From assembly GCA_963850305.1 (NCBI GenBank), contig CAWKKR010000008.1:128001-192000 (forward strand): a DNA stretch of 64,000 nucleotides. Direction: 5' to 3'. The notes beneath the pieces were generated by a model. That model was not told the origin of the DNA, searched no databases, and saw only the letters and a list, made by a program, of their open reading frames with translations. Shown one piece after another: positions 1-9,994 of this stretch. This DNA is from an uncultured delta proteobacterium (lineage in GTDB: Bacteria; Myxococcota_A; Polyangia; Polyangiales; Polyangiaceae). The number at the start of each line of letters is the position of its first letter. Within the stretch, counting starts at the first letter, position 1. Both the position numbers and the translations under genes were made by a program.

Positions 1-807
1 CGTCTGGCGCTGGAGACGGCCTTCGCGAGCTGCGACGCGCTCGCGCTCTGGGTCCTGCTCGGTCGCCCGGCGAGCCCTATTGGCGCTCTCGATTTGGATT
101 CGTGCAACGGCCATCGCGTACGCGATCGAGCATTCTCTTGCCTGCCGGCAAGCTCGCGGGCGAGGCCGCGCGCGCCGCCGTGCTGTCCGGCCCCGCCGGC
201 GCGCGAAACGCGGTCCTGGCGTGCTCGCGTCTCCAGGTCTGCGGACTGCTGGCGAACGCCGTCGTCAGCGTGGCGTGCATCGGTGTCGTCGGGAACCTGG
301 GGCGCGGCGTGCTCCGCCTCGCGCTCGTCGGCAACGCCGTCGCCTGCTGTCTGCTTGCTGCCGTCGTGTCGGGACTCCTGCGCAGCAAATGGCTTGCCTC
401 GCGCTTCGGCGGCCGGTTCTCGGCTCGGGAGAGCCCCACGCTGTTCAGTCGCTCGAGACTCCTTGGAGCGGGGGTCGTCTGCAGCTCTCGGGCGGGCAGC
501 GCAGACGGCCGAATACGGCGTCATCCTGCTCGCCGTCGGCGGCGTGCTGACACCCGTTTCCGCCCTCGTCGTGCAGGGGATTCATCTCGTCGGCGCCGCG
601 ATCGGGGACTTCATCCCGGGGCAGCTGGGTGCCGTGGAGGGCGCGTACCGCGCGTTCGCGAGTACTCTCGGCTTCGGTGCGGATCCGGCACGTGCGCTGT
701 CGATCGCGCTCGTCGCGCGCATCGCGCAGATCGGTCTCGCCACGCTCTGTCTATCGGCCTACGCCCTGTCTCTCTACCCCCGCTCGCACGCCGCGGAGGT
801 TCCGTGA
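1..807 (+). CDS. Lysylphosphatidylglycerol-synthase-like (YbhN/flippase-like) membrane protein, 5' partial, frameshifted
   Basis: Hydrophobic segments are spread over three frames (RLALETAFASCDALALW / LSIWIRATAIAYA / LLPAGKLAGEAARA / IPGQLGAVEGAY). The P.G..GE..R and PG..G..E motifs fit this family. Apparent indels near 80, 130 and 487. Confidence 0.55.
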   Translation, partial: RLALETAFASCDALALWVLLGRPASPIGALDLDSCNGHRVRDRAFSCLPASSRARPRAPPCCPAPPARETRSWRARVSRSADCWRTPSSAWRASVSSGTWGAACSASRSSATPSPAVCLLPSCRDSCAANGLPRASAAGSRLGRAPRCSVARDSLERGSSAALGRAAQTAEYGVILLAVGGVLTPVSALVVQGIHLVGAAIGDFIPGQLGAVEGAYRAFASTLGFGADPARALSIALVARIAQIGLATLCLSAYALSLYPRSHAAEVP

Positions 808-1598
808 AGCGGAGCCAGCATCGCGACGAAGCTCCCGTGAAGCGCCGCGCCCGACGTCGCGAGCACGTCCCGCGCGGCGAGCGTGGCCTGCCCTCCGTCA
901 CTCTTCGATACGACGCCCCCCGCCTCGCGAACGAGGAGGGTTCCTGCAGCGACGTCCCACGGAGCAAGGCCACGCTCGAAAAACGCGTCGAACCGTCCGG
1001 CGGCGACATAGGCGAGATCCAGCGCGGCCGCTCCGAGTCGACGGATGCCGGCGACCTCGGGCATGATCCGGGCGAGCGCGGCCAGATAGCTCGCATGACC
1101 CTCGCCTCCACGATGGGGCACCCCCGTGCCGACGACGGCGCGGGAGAGCGCCTCTTCCGTGCGCACCGAGAGCCGCTCGGAGCCGAGCCAGGCGCCCCGT
1201 CCCAGCTCTGCATGAAACAGTTCGCCCTTTGCCGGATCGAAGACCGCTCCCGCGACCACCTCGCCATCGACCTCGAGCGCGATGGACACGGCGAAGTGCG
1301 GGATGCCGCGCAGAAAGTTGGTCGTGCCATCCAGGGGATCCACGATGAGCCTCGGAGCACCGGGAACACCGACTCGAAGCGCACCCTCCTCGAGGACGAG
1401 GTCGTATCCGGGAAATGCATCCCGAAGACGAGAGCTCACGATCTCTTGCGAGCGGAGATCGGCGCTCGTCACGAAATCGCTCGGGCCTTTTTCGGTGATG
1501 GAGACGTGCTCACGGTGCGCGAAGTCGCGCATGAGCGACTCCCCTCCCTCGCGGGCCGCTTGCAAGATCGCCTGGAGCCTTGTCGTGGGGACACCCAT
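774..1598 (-). CDS. suhB: Inositol monophosphatase family protein
   Basis: Motifs DFVTSAD, VDPLDGTTNF, RRLGAAALDLAYVAAG and PWDVAAG. Confidence 0.9.
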   Translation of the reverse strand: MGVPTTRLQAILQAAREGGESLMRDFAHREHVSITEKGPSDFVTSADLRSQEIVSSRLRDAFPGYDLVLEEGALRVGVPGAPRLIVDPLDGTTNFLRGIPHFAVSIALEVDGEVVAGAVFDPAKGELFHAELGRGAWLGSERLSVRTEEALSRAVVGTGVPHRGGEGHASYLAALARIMPEVAGIRRLGAAALDLAYVAAGRFDAFFERGLAPWDVAAGTLLVREAGGVVSKSDGGQATLAARDVLATSGAALHGSFVAMLAPLHGTSAACERG

Positions 1599-1675
1599 CT
1601 TTCTCCTTCTAGCACGGGGTTCTCGATGTCCTGGACCGATTGCCGCATGCGGTCGTTCCCGTCCATCAGCGTCCG

Positions 1676-4165
1676 ATGAACGTCACCTCGAGTCCGACGC
1701 CCATGGCGGGCATCTTCGTTCGGTTCGTGGTGCGCCACGGGCGGGCGATTCTGGATCGCCGCCATCGTTCTCGGCGCCTTCGCGACGTATCGCACCGTAA
1801 ACCTCTACGCGCATCTCCGGAGCGAGCTGGAGGAGCTGCTGCCCCGCGATGCACCGAGCGTGGTCGCCTTGAACGAGATGCGGAAGCGCAGCCCTGGCCT
1901 CGAGTTCCTCGGCGTCGTGGTCGAGACGGCCGACGCGCGGAGCTCCCGAATGCCGAGCGCTTCCTCGACGATCTCGCCGCGCGAATCCGCAAGTATCCAC
2001 CGGAGCTGGTGCGCGACGTTCGCACTAACCGCACGGCCGAGAAGGAGTTCGTCGAGCGGCATGCGCCGCTATACGTGGACCTCGACGACCTCGAGACCAT
2101 TCGCGAGCGCGTCGAGGCGCGGCGCGACTACGAGGTCTCGAAAGCCGCCGACCTGCTGCTGGACGAAAACGAGCCGCCTCCCGACGTCGACATGTCGGAC
2201 ATTCGAAAGAAATACGACGACCGGACGGAAGGAGAGCAGGGCGGACACTTCACCAGCCGAACCCTCGAAGCGACGATGCTCGCTGTCGAGACCGGAAGCT
2301 TCACGACCGGAGCCGACAAGGACCGCATCCTCCTGAACCGCGTGAAGTCCGACGTGGCACGGCTCGATCCGAGTCGCTACGGCAAGGGGCTGCGAGTCGG
2401 CTACGCCTCCGACGTCGCGATCAACGTCGAGGAACTCGACGCGCTCGAGGAAGATCTCTCGAAGTCTTCCGTCCTGGTCGTCGTTGCCGTGATGGCCGCC
2501 ATCGTCGTCTATTTCAGCTGGTGGAAGAGCATTCCGGTGCTCATTCCGCCGCTGCTCCTCGCGACCGTGTACGCGTTCGCGATCGCGTCGCTTCCACCGA
2601 TGCGCATCACGGAGCTCAACTCGAACACCGCCTTTCTCGGATCCATCATCGTCGGCAACGGCATCAACGTCGGCCTGGTGCTGCTCGCGCGGTATCGCGA
2701 GGAACGCGATGCGGGCAAAGCCGTCGAGGACGCGCTCATCATCGCCGTCTGGGGTGCGCGCGTCGGAACGCTCGCGGCCGCCGCCGCGGCTGGCGTGTCG
2801 TATGCGTCGCTCCTGGTCACGGAATTCCGCGGCTTCCGCCAGTTCGGTTACATCGGCGGCGTCGGCATGTTCGCGTCCTGGGGCACGGCGTTCGTGCTCG
2901 TTCCGCCGCTCCTCGCGTGGCTCGATCGAGACGGGCGCCCGCGCGAACGAACCGCGCGGGCGAAGGCCGTCATGCGCGGGCTCACGTGGCTGATTCGACG
3001 GGGCGCGCCGGTCATCGTCGCCGCGGCCGCGGCGCTGACGGCGCTGGCGGCCTACGAAGCGTCGAAGCTCGACGCTTCGCACCTCGAGTACGACTTCAGC
3101 AAACTGCGACGAGCCGACACGTGGAAGAACGGCGAGGGCTACTGGGGCCGGAAGATGGACGCTCTGCTCGGTCACTTCCTCACGCCCACGGTCATTCTGA
3201 GCGATTCACGCGCGCAGGCGCGGGCCATCGAGACAAAGGTCCGCGCCTCGGTCGATCACGGAGCATTGCATTCGACGGTGGCCCGCGTCGTCGGCGCGGA
3301 CGACGTCCTGCCGCCGGATCAGCCGGCGAAGATCCGGGAAGCCGCGCGGATCCGCGAAAGCGCTGACCCCGAGGATTCGAGCTCTCATACCGCCCAGGGA
3401 CCGGAACGATGTCGATCGCTTTCTCGGAGCCCGCTGATCTTGCTGCCGATCACGGTCGCGGATCTCCCGCATTCGTTCACCGAGGGACTCGTCGAACGCG
3501 ACGGGACCATCGGGCGCACGGTGCTCGTCTACCCGCGCCCCTCCAACGCGCTGTGGAAGGCGGACTCGATTCATCGTTTCGTGAGCACTCTGCGCGACAT
3601 CGCCGCGACGGACGTCGGAGACGGTTCGCGCCCTGCTCGCGTAGCGGGTTCGATCCCTCTTTCGAGCGACATCCTCGCGTCGATCGGGCGCGACGCGCCG
3701 ATCGCGAGTACCGTGTCGTTTCTCGGCGTGGTGGCGGTGGTCCTGATGCTGGTGGGCGTGCGCAAGGTTTCACTCTACGTCCTCGGATCGCTGCTGGTGG
3801 GCGTACTCTGGCTGGTCGGCGCCACGGTATTCTTCGGCATCAAGATCAATTTCGCGAACTTCATCGCGTTCCCCATCACCTTCGGGATCGGAGTCGACTA
3901 CTCAGTCAACGTCATGACGCGCTTCGTGCAAGATGGCTCGCGCGACGTCACCGGTGCGGTGCGCTCCACCGGCGGCGCGGTGGCACTCTGCTCGCTCACG
4001 ACGATCATCGGCTACTCGTCGTTGCTCCTGGCCAAGAACCGTGCGCTCTTCCTGTTCGGGCTCGTGGCGGTCATCGGGGAAATTGCCTGCCTGACCGTCG
4101 CCGTCGTCGCACTGCCGGCGCTATTGACCCTCCTGCGTGGGAGAGCCGACACTCTCGATCGGTGA
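1676..4165 (+). CDS. MMPL/RND-family transporter (compensating frameshifts near 1755-1935 and 3360-3430)
   Basis: Two hydrophobic TM bundles (IIVGNGINVG; ITFGIGVDY...TTIIGYSSL) separated by extracytoplasmic loops. The N-terminal segment LRSELEELLPRDAPSVVAL lies in an alternative frame. Confidence 0.85.
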   Translation: MNVTSSPTPMAGIFVRFVVRHGRAILDRRHRSRRLRDVSHRKPLRASPERAGGAAAPRCTERGRLERDAEAQPWPRVPRRRGRDGRRAELPNAERFLDDLAARIRKYPPELVRDVRTNRTAEKEFVERHAPLYVDLDDLETIRERVEARRDYEVSKAADLLLDENEPPPDVDMSDIRKKYDDRTEGEQGGHFTSRTLEATMLAVETGSFTTGADKDRILLNRVKSDVARLDPSRYGKGLRVGYASDVAINVEELDALEEDLSKSSVLVVVAVMAAIVVYFSWWKSIPVLIPPLLLATVYAFAIASLPPMRITELNSNTAFLGSIIVGNGINVGLVLLARYREERDAGKAVEDALIIAVWGARVGTLAAAAAAGVSYASLLVTEFRGFRQFGYIGGVGMFASWGTAFVLVPPLLAWLDRDGRPRERTARAKAVMRGLTWLIRRGAPVIVAAAAALTALAAYEASKLDASHLEYDFSKLRRADTWKNGEGYWGRKMDALLGHFLTPTVILSDSRAQARAIETKVRASVDHGALHSTVARVVGADDVLPPDQPAKIREAARIRESADPEDSSSHTAQGPERCRSLSRSPLILLPITVADLPHSFTEGLVERDGTIGRTVLVYPRPSNALWKADSIHRFVSTLRDIAATDVGDGSRPARVAGSIPLSSDILASIGRDAPIASTVSFLGVVAVVLMLVGVRKVSLYVLGSLLVGVLWLVGATVFFGIKINFANFIAFPITFGIGVDYSVNVMTRFVQDGSRDVTGAVRSTGGAVALCSLTTIIGYSSLLLAKNRALFLFGLVAVIGEIACLTVAVVALPALLTLLRGRADTLDR

Positions 4166-4333
4166 CCGGTCGGGCGAGCCCGAGTGCGCCGCAACCGGCC
4201 CGACTTCCAATCCAGGTTGGGGCGAATTCCGCCCTGGCTCAACTCGCGCCGGTTCGGCCTTCGGCCCAGGCCATGGTCGGTCGAACCTCGCCCACGAGTC
4301 TTTGAATCGAATCGCGTGCTAGCGTAACAGATC

Positions 4334-5044
4334 GTGAGGCAACTCTTCGTCGTCCGGTGGACGAGTCTCGCGTCCGGACTCCTGTTACTCGGGGCGTGCG
4401 GCGGAACTGGGAGCGAAAGCCTGTTCAGCAGCAGCAGGGCCTCGACTGGTGGGGGTGGAGCCCTTCCCGGCGCGGGCGGCGGCGGGACGGTTGCTGGCGG
4501 CGGGAGCGTCAGCGGCAACGCGGGTGGCGTGTCCGGCGCTGGTGGCGTGTTCGGCGCTGGCGGGCTCGCGACGGGCAGCGGAGGGGCATCCAATGGCGGT
4601 TCGGCGCCGTCCACCGGCGGCTACGGCACCGGGGGCGGAGCATCTCCCGAAGCGGGAGCGCCGCCGCCGGACGCCGGGCAAACCGGCCCTGAACCGACTC
4701 CCGGAGTCGTCGCCTGTCCCGGCATCAGTTCTGGCGAGTGCACGATCGGTAGCGGGTTCGTGCTTTACGAGTGCTGCCCGGCAGCGTCTTACTACCAGGC
4801 GGACTGCTATCCGCGGACCGGCGGCGGCTGTTACAGCGGAACCGCGGCAGTCCAGTGCGACGACTCGGCAGACTGCACCACTGGCGACATCTGCTGCGGC
4901 ACGGTGACGAACGACCTCATGGGCTCCTCGTGTGCCACGCTTTGCACCGCTGGCACCGTCCAGATTTGCCGCTCCAACGCTGAATGCGGCGGACGTTCGT
5001 GCCTGCCTCTGTCGAGTTCGTCGGCGTACAACTCGTGTCAGTGA
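4334..5044 (+). CDS. Gly-rich/Cys-rich lipoprotein
   Basis: Lipobox LLGAC, Gly-rich linker, C-terminal Cys-rich domain (CDDSADC...CC). Confidence 0.75.
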   Translation: MRQLFVVRWTSLASGLLLLGACGGTGSESLFSSSRASTGGGGALPGAGGGGTVAGGGSVSGNAGGVSGAGGVFGAGGLATGSGGASNGGSAPSTGGYGTGGGASPEAGAPPPDAGQTGPEPTPGVVACPGISSGECTIGSGFVLYECCPAASYYQADCYPRTGGGCYSGTAAVQCDDSADCTTGDICCGTVTNDLMGSSCATLCTAGTVQICRSNAECGGRSCLPLSSSSAYNSCQ

Positions 5045-5234
5045 CGTGAAGCGCGTCCGGCGCTCACGTCTGCCCACGCAACCTGCTTGTCGCGGCTCCA
5101 CGATGTCGTCGCGCGCAGTCCGAACTCCACGGGGCCGATGTTCGTCGTGGTGTTCCAAGGGAAGGTGCCTGCCCTCTTGCGCGGCACCCGGGCGACGCCG
5201 GAGAATCCGGGCTAGTCTAATGGGGAGCAACGCC

Positions 5235-5816
5235 ATGAACAGACCGAGACCGCGCTTGCGCCGACGCTGGGCGCTATTGCCCGCGGTGCTCGCGCTCGCC
5301 GCAGGCAGCAGCGCCAGCCACCTCGCCTGGGCCAGCGCCACCACGTTCGGTCCTCACGACATCCAGACGCTGTTCTATATAGCAAAAAGCAACGGACCGG
5401 ACCGGGTCGACTACGGCATGCGCCTCGACGAGAACTGCGGCCCGGCGAAAAGGGATGCGGTGTTTCCGTATTGGCGAGAGTTCGACCATGGCCAGTCCGC
5501 TCGAGTTCATTCGCTCGGCTTCATGGCATCGATGGCGTACGGCGTCTCGGAGCAGCAGATGGTTCATCGACGACCGGACGGGAGCGATTATCAGATCCGG
5601 CTCAAACAAGTCGATCGCCCGATCTGGGTCACGACGTGGAAGAACTCCGACGGCAGCTGCACGGCGCTCGCTCGGTCGCCCATCTCGGGCGTGCGTTACG
5701 CCGAACTCCTGTCGATCTACGTCCAGCTCTCGGGGCCGATATCGGTGTCGTACGTCGACGTGAAGGGCAAAAACCTCGACACCGGGAAAGCCCTCGTCGA
5801 ACGAATCCAGCATTAG
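5235..5816 (+). CDS. Secreted DUF4833-like protein
   Basis: Signal peptide followed by LFYIAKSN..RVDY...FPYWR and C-terminal YVDVKGKNLDTGKALVERI. Confidence 0.7.
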   Translation: MNRPRPRLRRRWALLPAVLALAAGSSASHLAWASATTFGPHDIQTLFYIAKSNGPDRVDYGMRLDENCGPAKRDAVFPYWREFDHGQSARVHSLGFMASMAYGVSEQQMVHRRPDGSDYQIRLKQVDRPIWVTTWKNSDGSCTALARSPISGVRYAELLSIYVQLSGPISVSYVDVKGKNLDTGKALVERIQH

Positions 5817-5880
5817 CTTCGAACTTCGACGACGTCCCTGAGCTTCGCGACGGTGTCGCCTCACTCGTCGAGACGCCGAT

Positions 5881-6192
5881 TCAGGGACGCGTCAGAACGT
5901 CCGCCACCGCGAAGGACAGCATGAGGACCACGAATAGCAGGCCGGAGAGGATGGCGAGCCGGCTACTCGGCGGCTCTTCGACGAGGCCCATGAAAAAGAG
6001 ACCGACCAGGCTCGCCTTGATGATCGCGATGAGGATCGCCGCCGGCATCTCGAGCGCGCCCAGGTGACGGTACGATAGTGCGAAGCTGAGCGAGGTCAGG
6101 ACGACGAGCGCGACGAACGTCAACGTATACGTGCGCGCCGTCAGCCGGGACGAACGCTCTTCGGCGCCCCGCGCAGCGCCCGAAGCGGTCAC
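5881..6192 (-). CDS. ctaF: Cytochrome c oxidase subunit IV (caa3-type)
   Basis: Three TM helices with IAIIKASLVGLFFMGL. GTG start overlaps the subunit III stop. Confidence 0.85.
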   Translation of the reverse strand: MTASGAARGAEERSSRLTARTYTLTFVALVVLTSLSFALSYRHLGALEMPAAILIAIIKASLVGLFFMGLVEEPPSSRLAILSGLLFVVLMLSFAVADVLTRP

Positions 6193-6824
6193 GAGCCCCT
6201 CGCGAGGTAATAGAGGGGCCAGAGGAAGATCCAGACGCAGTCGACGAGGTGCCAGTAGAGCGCCGCGATCTCGAGCCCGTGAAAGCTCATCCGCCGGCGG
6301 CGCGTCTGAACCGCGACGTAGACGAGGACTCCCATCCCGACCATGACGTGGATGGCGTGCAAACCAGTCATGCCGAAATACAGGGTGAAGAAGACGGCAC
6401 TGCCGGCGGGAGCATCGGCAAAATACGCGCCGTGTCCGCCGGGGAAGATGCCCTCGGAAAAGTGCGCGACGTACTCGTGGGACTTGATGAGCAAGAAGCC
6501 GAGCCCGATGACGGCGCCCGCCTCGAAGAGCTGCGCCGCCGTACGCGCGTGACCCCGCCGGAATCGGTCGACGCCCAGCGCGACGAGGAAGCTGCTGAAG
6601 ATCAGCAGGAGGGTATTGGTCGTACCGAGCACGGCGTCGTTCCTGGCGACGCCCAGCGCGAACGCGTGCGGCCACTTCGCCCGATAACAGGCGTAGAGCG
6701 TGAACAGTCCGCCGAAGAGCAACACCTCGCTCGCGAGGAAGATCCACATTCCGAATCGCGCGGCATCCGCCTGGCGATCCATCGACTCGAAGTGGGCCTC
6801 TCGTCGCGTACCGCCCTCAGCCAT
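6189..6824 (-). CDS. ctaE: Cytochrome c oxidase subunit III
   Basis: GMWIFLASEVLLFGGLF, TGLHAIHV and LYWHLVDCVWIFLWP. Confidence 0.95.
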   Translation of the reverse strand: MAEGGTRREAHFESMDRQADAARFGMWIFLASEVLLFGGLFTLYACYRAKWPHAFALGVARNDAVLGTTNTLLLIFSSFLVALGVDRFRRGHARTAAQLFEAGAVIGLGFLLIKSHEYVAHFSEGIFPGGHGAYFADAPAGSAVFFTLYFGMTGLHAIHVMVGMGVLVYVAVQTRRRRMSFHGLEIAALYWHLVDCVWIFLWPLYYLARGS

Positions 6825-8463
6825 GTTCGACCTCCGACTCGCCCGGCAAGAGCGCCGGCAGCGCCCGCGCCCGTTCGCGCTCGAGCGTCTCGGCGGTGTA
6901 GTCGTACGGGCCTCGCTCGAATACGGGGGGGACCTCGTAATTGTGCGCCGGGGGCGGGCTCGGGGTGCGCCACTCGAAGCCGGCGGAGCCCCACGGGTTC
7001 CTCGACGCGCGCTCGCCGTAACGCAGCGCCCATCCGAGGTATCCGAGCGTGAGCAGCAACCCGCTGGCCAGCATGTACGCGCCGCAAGTGGACACGATGT
7101 GGAGCGGCTGAAAGGCAGCGGGGTAGTTGTGATACCGACGTGGCATCCCCTCGTTGCCGAGCAAGAATTGCGGCACGAACGTCACCAGGAACCCGAAGAA
7201 CACGACGAGCGCCGAGAGGAGGCCGAGCCGCTCCGGATACATGCGGCCCGTCACCTTCGGGAACCAGTAATGAATGGCCGCCAGGTACGCGGTGATGGTG
7301 CCGCCGACCATGATGAAGTGGAAGTGAGCCACCACGAAGTACGTGTCCTGCCAGTGCAGATCGAGACTCGTCGTCGCGACGGCCACACCGGTCATCCCGC
7401 CGAAGACGAACAGGAAGAGAAACGCGAAGACGTAGAGCAGCGGCGTCTTCAAAGAGATGGACCCGCGGTAGAGAGTGCCCGTCCACGTGAACACCTTGAT
7501 CGCCGAAAAAATGGCGACGAACATCGACATCAAGCCGAACGCGCCTGCATCGAACATCGAGATCCCCGCAGTGAACAGGTGGTGCCCCCAGCTGAGGAAG
7601 CCGACGAGCGCGATCCCGACCGTCGACCACACAATCGCCTCGTAAGACAGCGGGTTCTTTCGTGAGAACGTCGAGACGCACTCGCTGATGACGCCCATCG
7701 CCGGGAGGACCATGATGTACACGGCAGGGTGCGAATAAAACCAGAAGAGATGCTGATAGAGGACGGGATCGCCGCCGCGCGTGGGATCGAACACGCCCCA
7801 GTCGAACCAGTGATCCACCCCTATGATGAGCAGCGTCATCGCGAGAACCGGTGTCGCGAGAACCTGAATGAGGCTCGTGCCGTAAATCGTCCACACGAAG
7901 AGCGGCATCTTCATCCAGCGGAGCCCCTCCGCCCGCATCTTGTGGACCGTGACGATGAAATTCAGGCCCGTGAGGATCGTCGACCAGCCGATGATGAAAA
8001 CGCCGAGAAGTACGGGGAGAATCGCCGTGGCGTCCTTCACGCTGTATGGAACGTAAAAGGTCCAACCCGTGTCCGTCGCGCCCGCGATGAGCCCGACGAC
8101 GGTGACGATGGCCCCCACCACGTAGATGTAGACGCTCGCGAGGTTCAAACGTGGGAACGCGACGTCCCGGGCGCCGATCATGAGGGGCAACATGAAATTG
8201 CCGAATGCGCTCGGGATCGACGGGATCATGAAGAGCCACACCATGATCACGCCGTGCAGCGTGAAGAGGCGGTTATAGGTCATCGAGGTCATGAAGAGCG
8301 CCCTCGGCGTCAAGAGCTCGGTGCGCATCGCGAGCGCGAAGACGCCACCGACAGCGAGCGCCGCCGCGTTCAACACGAAGAACATCACGCCGATGCGCTT
8401 GTGATCGCGGGTGTTGAGCCACGAAGAGACCGAGCGGTCGACGGTGAGATAACTCCCGCTCAT
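6817..8463 (-). CDS. ctaD: Cytochrome c oxidase subunit I, A2-type heme-copper oxidase
   Basis: DHKRIG, TLHGVIM, WFYSHPAVY (YS motif of the A2 type), WGHH and AHFHF. Confidence 0.97.
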   Translation of the reverse strand: MSGSYLTVDRSVSSWLNTRDHKRIGVMFFVLNAAALAVGGVFALAMRTELLTPRALFMTSMTYNRLFTLHGVIMVWLFMIPSIPSAFGNFMLPLMIGARDVAFPRLNLASVYIYVVGAIVTVVGLIAGATDTGWTFYVPYSVKDATAILPVLLGVFIIGWSTILTGLNFIVTVHKMRAEGLRWMKMPLFVWTIYGTSLIQVLATPVLAMTLLIIGVDHWFDWGVFDPTRGGDPVLYQHLFWFYSHPAVYIMVLPAMGVISECVSTFSRKNPLSYEAIVWSTVGIALVGFLSWGHHLFTAGISMFDAGAFGLMSMFVAIFSAIKVFTWTGTLYRGSISLKTPLLYVFAFLFLFVFGGMTGVAVATTSLDLHWQDTYFVVAHFHFIMVGGTITAYLAAIHYWFPKVTGRMYPERLGLLSALVVFFGFLVTFVPQFLLGNEGMPRRYHNYPAAFQPLHIVSTCGAYMLASGLLLTLGYLGWALRYGERASRNPWGSAGFEWRTPSPPPAHNYEVPPVFERGPYDYTAETLERERARALPALLPGESEVEHG

Positions 8464-9566
8464 GGTCCCCGTTCCCTCGTCTCGTTCGACGGTGGAAGAA
8501 TGCCCGGCCCCGCCCCTCGGACCGGAACGACTCGGGGGAGCAACACTTCCGGCGAGGTGACGTCGAATCGAAGGGATTTGATGAACTCGACGATGGCGGC
8601 AACCTCTGGCTCCGGAAGCACGCCTTGATACACGGGCATCACCGGCGCGTACCCGGCGACGACGTCGGCAAGCGGATCCATCATGCTCCGCGTGAGGTAA
8701 TCCTCGTCCGCTCGAACGACATGGCCGCCCGTCAGCGGAACGAGGCTCTCGTAGAGGCCCTGCCACGTCGGACCGATGTGCTTCTGGCCGTCGATGGTGT
8801 GGCAAGAAAAGCACCCGTACCGCGACGCGGCGGCCCTGCCGTCATCGGACATGCTCGTGAGCCCCTGCGCGCCGACGACGCCACCCGCGAGCTCCGGCTG
8901 AGCGCCTGCGTGCGACACCGCGGGCACATCCTGCCCGGCGAGAAACCGCTCGTAGTCGGGCGCGTCGAGGACGACGATCGATGCCCACATGCGCGAATGA
9001 TCGAGCCCGCAATACTCCGCGCAGTAGACAGGGTACGTCCCCGAGCGGTCGGCGTTGAACCAGAACGACGTGTAACGCCCGGGGACCACGTCTTGCTTCA
9101 GCCGGAAAGCCGGCACGTAAAAGCTGTGCACGACGTCGCGCGACGTCAGCAGCAGGCGGACGGTCTTGCCGCGCGGAACGACGAGCACGTCCGCCGAGCG
9201 CTCGCCGTCCGGCCGAGAAAACTTCCACATCCACTGCTTCGCGGTCACGTACACCTCCATGCTGCGCCGGGGCGGCGTCTCCAGCGCGACGTATTGCCGG
9301 AACCCGATGACCCACCAGAGGATGAACAGCGACAGCAAGCCGAAACCGACGCCGAGCTCGACCCCTCTCGGAATCGAAACGTTCGGGGTCGGCTCTTCGA
9401 GACCCCGCGCGCGGTAGCGAACGATGAACGAGAGCGCAACCGTCGCGACGGCGAAGACGCCGACGAACGTGACCGAGATGACGAAGAAGTGAAGTCGATC
9501 GACGTCGCGGGCCGCGTGGGTCGCCTCGACCGGTAAAAACAGCAGCCGCCGGAAGAGCTCTTGCAT
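8460..9566 (-). CDS. ctaC: Cytochrome c oxidase subunit II with fused C-terminal cytochrome c
   Basis: KQWMW, CuA ligands DVVHSF and CAEYCGLDHSRM, heme c motif CFSCH. Confidence 0.95.
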   Translation of the reverse strand: MQELFRRLLFLPVEATHAARDVDRLHFFVISVTFVGVFAVATVALSFIVRYRARGLEEPTPNVSIPRGVELGVGFGLLSLFILWWVIGFRQYVALETPPRRSMEVYVTAKQWMWKFSRPDGERSADVLVVPRGKTVRLLLTSRDVVHSFYVPAFRLKQDVVPGRYTSFWFNADRSGTYPVYCAEYCGLDHSRMWASIVVLDAPDYERFLAGQDVPAVSHAGAQPELAGGVVGAQGLTSMSDDGRAAASRYGCFSCHTIDGQKHIGPTWQGLYESLVPLTGGHVVRADEDYLTRSMMDPLADVVAGYAPVMPVYQGVLPEPEVAAIVEFIKSLRFDVTSPEVLLPRVVPVRGAGPGILPPSNETRERGP

Positions 9567-9994
9567 CAGCGCCTCGTTCCTGGAGGAACGCCGGCGTCGC
9601 CCACCGTCGCTGGATCGGGAGCTTCGAGCTTGCCGTCCTGCGCGTCCCTCACCAGCCAGGCCATCGCCTGCCCGATCGGGATCGTCGCCACGCCGTGCTT
9701 TCGATCGACCCAGCCGTACCGGTCGAGGGCCGCGAGCGCACGGGCGTTGCGCGCTTCGCCGCGCGGTGCGCCGCGGATCGACGTCTGTTCGATCCCGGCG
9801 ATGGCCGGCGCCGCGGGATACCCGGGGACGTACTCCCTTCCGAGCTCGCGGCGTTCGGTCCGGAGCATCAGCACGACGGCGAGCACGCAACCGAGCGTCA
9901 CGATGACGGCTCCGATGATGACCTCGAGCACCAGACGCCCATGAAGGCCCTCGGGTTCCTGCCGGACCGGTTCCGCGGGCTCGTCGTGACTCAT
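9566..9994 (-). CDS. Small single-TM protein of ACIII operons (ActG-like)
   Basis: One TM helix and YGWVD...IPIGQAM motif. Translationally coupled between actF and ctaC. Confidence 0.65.
   Translation of the reverse strand: MSHDEPAEPVRQEPEGLHGRLVLEVIIGAVIVTLGCVLAVVLMLRTERRELGREYVPGYPAAPAIAGIEQTSIRGAPRGEARNARALAALDRYGWVDRKHGVATIPIGQAMAWLVRDAQDGKLEAPDPATVGDAGVPPGTRR

Noticed and set aside
4166..4333. Short GC hairpins after the MMPL gene as an ncRNA or riboswitch
   Set aside because: Stems are only 4-5 bp, as expected by chance at this GC content, and no recognisable motif is present.
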